64,000 bases of DNA from a virus. Taxonomy: Duplodnaviria; Heunggongvirae; Uroviricota; Caudoviricetes. Location of the stretch: positions 258,820-322,819 of IMG/VR virus record IMGVR_UViG_3300031994_000003. One strand, 5' to 3'. Shown here in pieces: positions 9,659-19,900 of this stretch (within the stretch, counting starts at the first letter, position 1; each line of letters starts with the position of its first letter). A model generated the notes under the pieces. The model ran no database searches, had not been told where the DNA came from, and saw only the letters and a program-made list of their open reading frames with translations. The position numbers and the translations under genes were made by a program.

Positions 9659-11212
9659 TTATTTTAATAAATCTGTAATCTTTTGTTGTAGTATATAAAT
9701 TACTAGAGGGATTAATATATAATTTCTAGCATTTATTTCATAATAATAATTATTTAATTCTGTTAATAAATCTGCTGTTAAAGTAAATTTATCATTAACC
9801 CATTCTTTTATAATTCTAAATAATAAATCTTGCTCATACCATGTATCAGTATTACTATAAGATAATGCATAATTTAAATCGATTTGGATTAATGTTCCAT
9901 CTTCTTCAGTAGTAGCATTGTTATCAGGTAATTTTCCAGTTGATGGATAAATATAATATGCTTCTTTTGGATATTCTAATTCAGTAGGACTTCCAGATCC
10001 TAAAATATAAATAGAATCACCAATTTTAATATTTCTTTCTAATTCTGTTTTAATTCTCATATCTTCATCATTAGTAATTAAACTATCATCAGTTAAAAGA
10101 ATATTATATCTTTCTGGAGTTAATCTATGCCATTCATCATCTTTACCAAATGAATGAAATTCATCACCAGTTAATAATGACCACATATTGACTGATTCAC
10201 CCGGATTTCTATTTCCAATATCCATTAATTTATATGGACCATTAGATGCGAAAAATGGTAAATTTCTTGTTCTCAATACATCACTTGTAACTTGTAAGAA
10301 TGATGTATCAAATGTACAGCAATTATTTTGATTTTCAACTGCTTTAAATAAAGACTTACGATATATTAATTCTTTATATATTTTAGCATTTGCATTTTCC
10401 CAATTATCAATATCTAATAAATAAATATCACTCATAATTGTTTTATTATAATAATTAATAACATGATTTTTACATAAAAAATGATTTAAATAACCACACC
10501 ATAAATATGCTGGCTGATTATCAATTTCTGTTCTATATATAAAGTAATTTACTTCATCATCAAAATAATCTTTAACATAATCTTTAATCATTTGATCTAC
10601 TAATAACTTTGCAGAATCTGCTTGTAAAGCTGATGTTTTCTTAACAATTCCAGATGCTGTTCCTGCTGTTGTAGCACCAGTTGCACCTGAATTTAAGTTA
10701 TCATAAATTAAAGTATAATCTTCAGAAACATTATTAAATATTCCATCAACATTTTCTGGATATAATTTATATTGAATTTGATAATACTTATATGCTGTTG
10801 CATGAGACATTTGAACATCTGTGATTTGGAATAGATGATCTTCTAATCCTTCAATATCAAATACAAAGAATTCACCAGAACGAGGCTCAATTGTTTCTGG
10901 TAAAAAGAAGCCATTACCACTAACCAATGAGTCATAACCACGCTCACCGACTTCATTTGAAATATCCAAAGCATCTACACCATATAGAGGTACATCAAAT
11001 ATTTTATTATATTTTAATGATGAACTACCTCCTACTAATGAATGAGTAGTTTCTAGATTATAATCTTGATATGAAGCAGGATCATTTACTTGATAATATG
11101 TAATATAAACAGGAGCTTGTTGTTGCCAATCTGGATAATCTTGTAAAACCATTTTAGCTACATTTTTATTATTTCTTGTTGTAATATCTTTAGCTCTTCT
11201 TAAAGTTCCCAT
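9659..11212 (-). CDS. Putative virion structural protein of phiKZ/AR9-like jumbo phages
   Basis: 517-aa ORF under a late-type promoter. The N-terminal pattern P.YITYYQ.N...SSLKYNKI.D.PLYG...G..FLPETI.P..GEFF resembles a conserved phiKZ-like structural family (recalled, not searched). Confidence 0.5.
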   Translation of the reverse strand: MGTLRRAKDITTRNNKNVAKMVLQDYPDWQQQAPVYITYYQVNDPASYQDYNLETTHSLVGGSSSLKYNKIFDVPLYGVDALDISNEVGERGYDSLVSGNGFFLPETIEPRSGEFFVFDIEGLEDHLFQITDVQMSHATAYKYYQIQYKLYPENVDGIFNNVSEDYTLIYDNLNSGATGATTAGTASGIVKKTSALQADSAKLLVDQMIKDYVKDYFDDEVNYFIYRTEIDNQPAYLWCGYLNHFLCKNHVINYYNKTIMSDIYLLDIDNWENANAKIYKELIYRKSLFKAVENQNNCCTFDTSFLQVTSDVLRTRNLPFFASNGPYKLMDIGNRNPGESVNMWSLLTGDEFHSFGKDDEWHRLTPERYNILLTDDSLITNDEDMRIKTELERNIKIGDSIYILGSGSPTELEYPKEAYYIYPSTGKLPDNNATTEEDGTLIQIDLNYALSYSNTDTWYEQDLLFRIIKEWVNDKFTLTADLLTELNNYYYEINARNYILIPLVIYILQQKITDLLK

Positions 11213-11239
11213 TATATCAACTTCTTTCTATAATTTAAC

Positions 11240-11253
11240 TATAATAAATTGTT
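11240..11253 (-). promoter_or_regulatory. Putative late promoter AACAATTTATTATA (AACA-N6-TA)
   Basis: Reverse complement of TATAATAAATTGTT, ~28 nt upstream of the ATG at 11212. Confidence 0.7.
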
Positions 11254-11278
11254 CAGCACTTATTTTTTAGAATAAAAA

Positions 11279-11286
11279 TATATTAT
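11279..11286 (+). promoter_or_regulatory. Putative early promoter TATATTAT
   Basis: Upstream of RBS AAGGAG and the ATG at 11309. Confidence 0.55.
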
Positions 11287-11308
11287 ATGATATGAAGGAG
11301 ATGGAAAA

Positions 11309-12817
11309 ATGAAAAATAAAAATATGAAGTTTTTAGCAGCCAATAGACGCTTTATAGAACAACAAAGTAAATACATTTATTTATTTTTAACAAAATATAA
11401 TAAACCAGATGTAGTTATGGATATGTTGAATGATGTTAATAATATGACACCAGATGAAATATTTAATTTCTATTATCCATTATATGAAAAATATAAAGAT
11501 ACTGATCCTGAAAAAGCACTATGCAAGGAATATGAAGAAAAAGTAACTGCAACAGTATCATATCTAATTAAATTATATGAAAGAGTTCCAGATACGACAT
11601 TATTTGGATATATCAAAGATTCTGGATTAGAATACAAAGTTATAACACCAATACAGTATTTTAAAATGTTTGGTCCATGTATATTTGATAAAGGTATAAC
11701 AGGATTAGATTTTTTTGATAAACGACATCCTGATTTTTATATTTTAAAAACATATTTATTTAACTTATGTTTAGATGTTCCTAAATTACAAATATTTGTA
11801 AAAAAGTGTATAAAACTAGAAAAATCAGTAAATAAAAAAACAATATTTTCGACTAAAATTGTACCCACTTTAATGTTACAAATACCACATATTATTCATC
11901 TTATAGATTATATATGTCATAATTATGATAATTATGAAAATATCACAAATGATGATTTAGATACACTAAACATATATAATAAATATAAAAATTTTGCATA
12001 TAAATTACGCCATGGTAATTATTATAACAATCTATTTAATATATATAGAAAAATAGCAAATATCTATTTATCTACATATGAATATGCTCATAATTTGTAT
12101 AGCACAATTAAAGAAACACAAGATGATGTAGATATATTTTTTGATAATATCAAACGAAGTAAAAGATGTAAAAAATTCAATCCAACATATGATAGAGTTA
12201 TGGAAGTTTATGCACCAACATTAACATTATTAGAATATGATTCTCTTGTTAAATTATGTGATATTTATACATATTTAGGAAATAGATTTTATAAGTCATA
12301 TAATACACAATCAATGCACTTAATAGCAGCATATAATGCATGTAGTGCAATAATAGGTAAAAATAATAAATGTTTAGGAAACTCCATATTTATACATAAA
12401 GATGGTGTTAAATCATTAATACAGATGTATCATAATAAAGGAGCATATATAAGTAATAATCCAAAAAATCTTAAAACTGTTTCATTTGATAAAATTGAAT
12501 TTAAAGAAAAAAATATTGATTCTTATGGTGAATATGAACTATTAGCACTATTCTCATCAAAACCAGAATCATATTTAAAACAACTATTAATTAGATATAA
12601 TTCTATCGAAGATGCTGAATTAGAAACTGAATATACTGATGCAATTTTAAATTATTTAAATATTATTGATAATAGATACAGAAGTCCAAAGCACATTGGC
12701 AAAATTAATAATGTACTAATAAATTCACTATCAATTAATAAATATGATAAAATTAAATCATATTTATCAGATAGTATAAAACAAAAAATATTAATATATC
12801 AAATAAAGAATAGTTAA
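11309..12817 (+). CDS. Hypothetical protein (K/Y/N/I-rich), monocistronic
   Basis: 502-aa ORF with RBS AAGGAG and its own terminator; no recognisable motif. Confidence 0.8.
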   Translation: MKNKNMKFLAANRRFIEQQSKYIYLFLTKYNKPDVVMDMLNDVNNMTPDEIFNFYYPLYEKYKDTDPEKALCKEYEEKVTATVSYLIKLYERVPDTTLFGYIKDSGLEYKVITPIQYFKMFGPCIFDKGITGLDFFDKRHPDFYILKTYLFNLCLDVPKLQIFVKKCIKLEKSVNKKTIFSTKIVPTLMLQIPHIIHLIDYICHNYDNYENITNDDLDTLNIYNKYKNFAYKLRHGNYYNNLFNIYRKIANIYLSTYEYAHNLYSTIKETQDDVDIFFDNIKRSKRCKKFNPTYDRVMEVYAPTLTLLEYDSLVKLCDIYTYLGNRFYKSYNTQSMHLIAAYNACSAIIGKNNKCLGNSIFIHKDGVKSLIQMYHNKGAYISNNPKNLKTVSFDKIEFKEKNIDSYGEYELLALFSSKPESYLKQLLIRYNSIEDAELETEYTDAILNYLNIIDNRYRSPKHIGKINNVLINSLSINKYDKIKSYLSDSIKQKILIYQIKNS

Positions 12818-12834
12818 ATACTATTCTTTTTTTT
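12805..12834 (+). terminator. Intrinsic terminator
   Basis: Stem AAAGAATAGT/ACTATTCTTT, loop TAAAT, T tract. Confidence 0.8.
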
Positions 12835-12860
12835 GTCTTTTTTTATATTTTTATCACTTG

Positions 12861-12874
12861 AACAATTTATTATG
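12861..12874 (+). promoter_or_regulatory. Putative late promoter AACAATTTATTATG
   Basis: AACA-N6-TA directly after a terminator, at the head of the 12901-24976 structural operon. Confidence 0.7.
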
Positions 12875-12900
12875 TATAATATAAAAAGGGGTTGATATCC

Positions 12901-15039
12901 ATGTCAGCTGAAAAAGTTACATTACATTTTAATTCAATAGAGGATAATAGTGAAAATCAAGATATAATAATTAATGCTCCTATTAAGATATATGCATCTG
13001 TTGATAATGTTCAAGCACTAGAATTATTAAATGTACCAGAAGATGAAGACGTTGTTGTTCATGTTCGTAATGTTATTAATTCTGACACTAGACAAAAATC
13101 AGCATTCTATATGCACCTTGCAGAATCAAATACATGGACTGAAGTTTTATTAGGTGGCCATAGTCATAATAATAAAGAATTATTAGATCAATTAGGCGAT
13201 ATTAATGTTGAAGATTTAGCAGACAAAAATAAAATATTAACAATAAAAGCTGTTGATATGGATGGGCAACCTGAGAACTATGCTTTTAAATATAAATTAG
13301 AATGGGCAGATTATCCAACACAATTACCAGAAATTCCTGAAGATATGTTAAATACACCAGCATATCTAACTGTTGAAAATGGTGAATATGTGTGGAAAAA
13401 TCAATTAGTTCCAGCACAAACATTCCAATATAAGCAAGTTATAATTGAATCTAATGAACCAGTTAAACAATTTAAGGTAAAAGATTTAAACTATAATAAA
13501 GATTATGACGAAGTATTAATTTTTGACGGACCAAATCTATTAACAGATTGTCAAGTATCAGTTCATTATGAATCTGAGTCTGGTGAAAAATATGCATTAG
13601 TAGAAATTACATCAGATAATGAAAATTTAATATTTGAAAATGGTGAAAAATTAACGCTATTAGTTATTAAAAATGGTGTATCTGGTTTCTTATCTCAATT
13701 AGCAGATGAATATATGAAAAAATCAGATGTTATTGATTTATTATCTGGTAAATCTATAACATTACATAAATATGCTACAAAAGATGATTTAAAAACAAAA
13801 GCAGATGCAGTGCATCATCACTCACAATACTCATTAGATGGACATAATCATGATGAGAGATATGCAATGTTTAATCATATTCACTCTCAATATATTACTC
13901 GTTCAGATGTTTATGCATCAATTTCATCAGTATTAGCCAATCTTTTAGATATTGAAGATCCTAATATAACTATTGATAATATTAATGATACTTTAGGACA
14001 ATCATTAGTTGCATTAAAAGATGAATTATTAAATGAAATTGCTACATTAGCATCTATACAATACGTAGATGATCAGATTGCAACATTAAAAAGAGATTTT
14101 TTAGATGCAGATCATATTAATATTAAAATTGGTAATAGAAATTATGTATTAACTGATTATATCTCAATGTTAGAAAATTCTATATCTTCTGTTTATAATA
14201 AAACAACAGATGTTACAGTTGCGGCAAACATTAGAGTACAATTAGGAGAAGATGAGTCAATTGGTGGATTTAATGATGGTGATGTTATATCTACAAATTC
14301 ATCAATTCATGAAGTTATTTCTAAATTAGTAACAAAACGAATTCCTCCAGTATTATTTCAACCAACTGTATCTTTAACAGTTGATCCAGGAACTAATGCT
14401 AGAATGGAAGTTGGAGAAAGACTAACTTTAAAAATAACTGCATCTTTTACACAAAATGATGCTGGACAAGCAACTAGAATTCGTTTAATTGCATCAAAAG
14501 ATGGTAATGTAAATACATATGAACTAAGAAACAATAGTCCATTTGATTTATATGAAATATTATCTGATATATCTCCATTAACATTACAAGTTGTTGTTGA
14601 TTATGCACAGGGTCCATCTAAAACAGATAACCTTGGCAGAAGTGATTATTTTATTCCAGAGGGACAAATAGGAGTATCAAAGGTTATTACTGGTAAAAGA
14701 AAATCATTTATTGGAAAATATTTACCAAATAGTGGCTATCGTGCTTCTACAATAATTGATACACCAATTTCTAAATTTACAATGGAAGTTCAAGGATATG
14801 AAGGATTACATGATATAATTATGGCATTCCCAGAAAATCAAAACATTGCTGTTGATTCTATTTATTATAGAAACCAAGGCTGTGATGTTACTGATCTATT
14901 TACAATAGAAAGAAATGTTATGATACATGGAGCTAATAACTATACACCAATTGAATATGATGTATATAGATTAACTATGCCAGAGGACTTAGATCAAAAA
15001 ATGTTCTTCGATGTTTCTATAAGAAGAGGTGATCAATAA
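12901..15039 (+). CDS. Tail-fibre-associated structural protein
   Basis: ORF track starts at TTG 12892; ATG 12901 fits the RBS AAAAGGGG better. His-rich fibre repeats HHHSQY / GHNHDERY / HIHSQY; C-terminal Ig-like region. Confidence 0.6.
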   Translation: MSAEKVTLHFNSIEDNSENQDIIINAPIKIYASVDNVQALELLNVPEDEDVVVHVRNVINSDTRQKSAFYMHLAESNTWTEVLLGGHSHNNKELLDQLGDINVEDLADKNKILTIKAVDMDGQPENYAFKYKLEWADYPTQLPEIPEDMLNTPAYLTVENGEYVWKNQLVPAQTFQYKQVIIESNEPVKQFKVKDLNYNKDYDEVLIFDGPNLLTDCQVSVHYESESGEKYALVEITSDNENLIFENGEKLTLLVIKNGVSGFLSQLADEYMKKSDVIDLLSGKSITLHKYATKDDLKTKADAVHHHSQYSLDGHNHDERYAMFNHIHSQYITRSDVYASISSVLANLLDIEDPNITIDNINDTLGQSLVALKDELLNEIATLASIQYVDDQIATLKRDFLDADHINIKIGNRNYVLTDYISMLENSISSVYNKTTDVTVAANIRVQLGEDESIGGFNDGDVISTNSSIHEVISKLVTKRIPPVLFQPTVSLTVDPGTNARMEVGERLTLKITASFTQNDAGQATRIRLIASKDGNVNTYELRNNSPFDLYEILSDISPLTLQVVVDYAQGPSKTDNLGRSDYFIPEGQIGVSKVITGKRKSFIGKYLPNSGYRASTIIDTPISKFTMEVQGYEGLHDIIMAFPENQNIAVDSIYYRNQGCDVTDLFTIERNVMIHGANNYTPIEYDVYRLTMPEDLDQKMFFDVSIRRGDQ

Positions 15040-16346
15040 TGTCAAAAGGTATTTTAGCATTAAGAGGTTACACTAGAGCAGGATCATTTCCACTAGATAC
15101 AACTTCTTATTATGAAGATTATGATGCTGCTTTAAATTATGTTCATAATAGTAAAGCAGTTTATTTAGGACAAGTAATTTCTGTAAATGATCAGTTACGT
15201 AATAAAGTTAAAATGTATTACGTTACATATGATAATGAAGAAGATGCAACATATAGATATAAATTAGAAGAAATAGGTGTTGGTGTTTCTGGTGGTCGTG
15301 GAAATGCTATTGTAAATTATAAAGGTAAAGTTTCTTCTTATGATGATTTATATGAAATTGATGAGCCACAAAGTAATGATATGTACTATGTTATGAATTC
15401 TAATGCAAGTGGATATTCAGCATATGTATATCAAGATGGTTCATGGACAAGATTAGACTTAGGTATTACATTAGCATCTGCAAAAACAGATGGCTTAATT
15501 ACTAAAGAAATGTATCGTTCTTTAATGTCTAACTCTGAAGCAATTTATTATTCTCCAGGAACTAATGATCCAAATGAAAACAGATTTATTCAATTTGAAA
15601 CAACTGGAGATACTGATAGCTTATCTGTTATGAGTACAGATAAACTAAAAGAAACAATTCATTCATTAATAACAGTAGATAAACCATATGTGACTATAAC
15701 TACATCTGTAGATCTATCAGATGTATTAGTTGGTGCTGGTTATCATGATTGTTATTTTACAATAAAATATTATCCAAATGGCGCTGGTGATATTAAAACA
15801 GCAAAATTAACTTCAGGATACATGCAAGATGTTAATTTAACTGGTGCTGATTTCGAATATAATTATGATGAGAATTGTTATGAATATACTTATGTTTTAA
15901 TGTCATTTACTATTTCTGAAGTATTAGATAGAAATTTCTTTGCGGCATCAATTGATTATAATGGAAATCAGTCATTATTTATTGATGATGGAAATGCATC
16001 AGCTATATATAAGATAAATGCATTTAAACATTTTGATTATCGTTACGGATATTATCAAGATGGATTACTTGTATATTCTAGAGATTTCTATTATGGTACT
16101 GATGCTTCTAGAGCAAAAGAAAATTATGAATATAATATTAAAATAATTCCTGATGTTGATCATGGAGTTAATAGAATAGAAGTATTATCTCCATATGAAA
16201 TAAAGGAAGTAATATTTACTGAAAGAAATATGAATATATTGGATAAATTCATAAGAGTTTATTCATCTGAAGGATATAGATATGTTTATGAAACATATAG
16301 AGATTATCCAATAACAGGAGAAATGAATTTAATAGTAAGAACTTAA
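15039..16346 (+). CDS. Putative structural protein (FPLD...YLGQVISV N-terminal module)
   Basis: 435-aa ORF overlapping the upstream stop; fibre-like motifs YKGKVSSYDDL and ASAKTDGLITKE. Confidence 0.6.
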   Translation: MSKGILALRGYTRAGSFPLDTTSYYEDYDAALNYVHNSKAVYLGQVISVNDQLRNKVKMYYVTYDNEEDATYRYKLEEIGVGVSGGRGNAIVNYKGKVSSYDDLYEIDEPQSNDMYYVMNSNASGYSAYVYQDGSWTRLDLGITLASAKTDGLITKEMYRSLMSNSEAIYYSPGTNDPNENRFIQFETTGDTDSLSVMSTDKLKETIHSLITVDKPYVTITTSVDLSDVLVGAGYHDCYFTIKYYPNGAGDIKTAKLTSGYMQDVNLTGADFEYNYDENCYEYTYVLMSFTISEVLDRNFFAASIDYNGNQSLFIDDGNASAIYKINAFKHFDYRYGYYQDGLLVYSRDFYYGTDASRAKENYEYNIKIIPDVDHGVNRIEVLSPYEIKEVIFTERNMNILDKFIRVYSSEGYRYVYETYRDYPITGEMNLIVRT

Positions 16347-16364
16347 TGAAAGGCAGTGGTATTT

Positions 16365-16913
16365 ATGGCAAATAATTTCACTCCATCTTTTACAGGAATT
16401 GAACGCTTAGGACAATTTCCTTTAGATAAATATAGTAAATTTGATTCAAAATATGATGCAGAAAAATATGCTCTAGCTGGACAGACTGGAGCATCTCCTG
16501 CATATGTTGGCCAAGTGTTATCAGTAGAAGATAATGGAAAAGTAAATGTTTATGTTATCGATCCAAACTATGCATTAATTGGTATTGCATCTGGTGCTTC
16601 TGCAGATACATCATCATATTTAAAATTTGATAATAATACTGAATCTGGTAGATTTGGTGTTACATTAGAAGCAGGAGCATATTTGAAACAAATTTCTATT
16701 ACAATATTAGAACCTTTTAATATTGAGGATTGTTTTACTGTTGGTACAGATATATATCCAGATAAATATATAAAAGGTGAAGATATTATTGCGACAGAAC
16801 CAGGCACATATACTTATTATTTTAATGAAGTTTCTTCCGAAATTACTCCTGTCTTACTATGGTTTAAAGGAACTAGACCAACTGAAGGTAAGGCAATATT
16901 AAAAATTAACTAG
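16365..16913 (+). CDS. Putative structural protein, paralogous N-terminus to the upstream gene
   Basis: FPLDKYSKF...AYVGQVLSV matches the N-terminus of 15039-16346; ORF track start is GTG 16356. Confidence 0.6.
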   Translation: MANNFTPSFTGIERLGQFPLDKYSKFDSKYDAEKYALAGQTGASPAYVGQVLSVEDNGKVNVYVIDPNYALIGIASGASADTSSYLKFDNNTESGRFGVTLEAGAYLKQISITILEPFNIEDCFTVGTDIYPDKYIKGEDIIATEPGTYTYYFNEVSSEITPVLLWFKGTRPTEGKAILKIN

Positions 16914-16927
16914 AAGGGAATGATTTT

Positions 16928-19900
16928 ATGGCTGACGAAAATATAAAAGCAAAAAACACCCAACAAATAGACCGCTTATCAAATAGTGAAATTCAATTAG
17001 GTCTTCGTACTGGTGCTAAAATTTCAGCATCTAATGAAGCATTCACTTCTAATAAATTAATTCGTTATTCTAGTGATATTACACAATTAAAGAGTCCTAA
17101 AGACTTAACACCAAAAGAGTATGTTGATGAACTTATTCAAGATACTAATTTTAATATTACTAATGCATTAGTTAATCGTATCGTTCCTGGTACAAGAATT
17201 AACTCTGCATATAATGACGGTAAAGAAACACTAGAAATCTCATTAGGTGAAGCATATACTCCAGACTTTTCTAGTAAATTTATAAATGAAGTAAAAGATG
17301 AAAATGTTTCATATCCTGTTGCAGCAATTAGAGCTGCAGATGAATCATATTATTATAGCTATGGTATCTTTACAGGACAAACAGATTCAAAATATGGAAA
17401 ATTTGCTGCTCCATCTTCAGATGCAAATGCTGGTATGGGTGCAGTAATCTCTGCTATTAAAGTAGATAAGTACGGTTCAGTAATTGGTGTAGATTATAAG
17501 AAAATTTCTACATCAGATCTAGATAATACTGGTGGTGCATACGATAACTATCGTGCATGGGTTTTAAAAGTTGGTGATGTTGCAGGATATGTAACAGGAA
17601 TTAATAATGCACCAAAAGAAGGAGAAAAACCAGATGCTACATTTGGTAATACTTTTGAATTAGAATTTGCTGGTTCAGGTATTACTCCAACAATCTCAAC
17701 AAATGGTACTTCACATAAAGTAACATTTACACCATATCTAGATACAAATTATCTTACAATGGTTGGTGCTGAAGGTTCTGCGAATGCTCAAATTTCACAT
17801 AAACTTCAAAACCAAACAGGACAACCAATGGTTGATACTGCAAAGATTCTTAAAGCAACAGTTGATGCTGCTGGTCATATTACATCAGTAGAACCAATTA
17901 ATAAAGATGATATTGCACAAGATTTACAATTACAAACATTTGGCCCTGGAGCAAATGAATCATTATCTGAGGGTTTAGTTCATGGATTAGACTCTTCTCA
18001 TACTGATAATAATACTACAACAAACACATTATTCTATACAAGTCAAGGTAAATGGGGATCAATTCCATTTGCTGGAGTTAGTATTAATAATTCTTCTAAT
18101 AATGAAGATGTTCCTATTGTTGCTGGTAGCTCAAATATAACAGAATTAAAGAAATCTAGCTCTGTTACATTAAATCCATTAACTGGAGAAATTAAGGCAA
18201 CTCAATTCACAGGTAATGGTTCTCAATTAACTAATTTAAATGCAGCAGCAATTACAACAAATGTTTTAAATCAAAATGTTATTCCTTCTATTCCATTATC
18301 AAAAGGTGGTTTAGGAAGAGCAATTACTGCAAATGATGTGAATGGTATTTTAGTCGTTAAAGAAGATAATAATTCCGCTCCATCTATCGAATCAATTCAA
18401 ATTGATGAAAATAGATTAGGAAGTGGAGATAATTATGTTTTAACACAAAGTAGATCACATCCAGAGAATATTGAATTTAAATCATCAAATGATTTAATTA
18501 ATACATATATAACTGATAATAAAGTAACAAAAATTCAAGCTACTATTGGTACTGCTGAAGGTTCTGATATTCTATTAGAATCTAATAATCAAGCTATTAA
18601 TCTTCATGAATTAATAGTAAGCAGACAATATAAAATTGGTTATATATATCAAGCAACATCAGCATTTTTAGTTAAAGATTCTGATGGAAACAAAACATAT
18701 GATTATAAAATTAAAGCTGGAGATTTTATTTATGCAATCAAGAATTATAATGATGCAGGATATCCAAAATTTAATGTTATACAATCATATTATGAATTAC
18801 CTGAAATTACTGAAGGTGCTACAAAAACAGAAGCTTCTAATTTAAATGGTTATGTAAAAATTAATGATATCGATACATTAGTATATCAATTACCAGAAGC
18901 TACAGATGACGAATTAGGTGGAGTAATTGTTGATACATCTTTATCTATCGGTGCTCAATCTGGACATGTTTTAGCAACATCAGTAGTATCATCTGAATTA
19001 AATAACCTTGCTAATTATACTGCAAGTGTAGAAACACAGATAACAGATCATACATCAGATACATCTAATCCTCACCAAGTAACTGCTTCACAAGTTGGTT
19101 TAGGTGATGTTGTAAATGCTCCTATGGATAATGATCCAACAGCAAATAGCATTAATTATGTTAAATCTGGTGGTGTATTCTCTGCAATTGCATCAGTAAA
19201 TAGCGATATTGAAGGTGTTTCAACATCATTACAAACACACGTTAATAATACAAATAATCCACACCAAGTAACTAAAGCACAAGTTGGTTTAGGATCTGTT
19301 GAAAATAAAACAATGGTTTATCCAGAAAACAGAACTGAATTAGATAATCTTGGCGATGAAGATATTGCAAATGGAAACTATGCTACAGCTGGTTTAGTTG
19401 CAGCATATGCAAAAGATATCTATGGAAAAATAATTGGTGACCAAGAGTTCAATAATGTTGTAATTACTGGATCATTAACAGTACAAGGTGATGTAACATC
19501 ATTACAAACAAGTACATTAGAAGTTGAAGACCAATTAGTTGAATTAGATAGACGTGATGATAAAACAGTTCCTCTTGCAGGATATGCTGGTTTATTTGTT
19601 GATACATATGATGGAGATACACAAGATTCAAAAGTTGTTGCGATGGCTTTCGATTCACAAGGTATTGCATATGTTGGTCATGCTAAACTTGATGCTAATG
19701 GATTAATTCCAGTTAATGGACAAGATACACATCTACAACCAATTGCTACAAGAGTTGGATTTGATAATTTAACTGTAAATCCAATGGTTAAATTTAATAT
19801 ACAACAAAAGACTTTAGTTCCAGCAGAAGAAGGAACAGATTACCTATCAAGTAGATCAATCTTACCTGCTGAAAATCTAAGAGGAACTATTCAAGCATCT

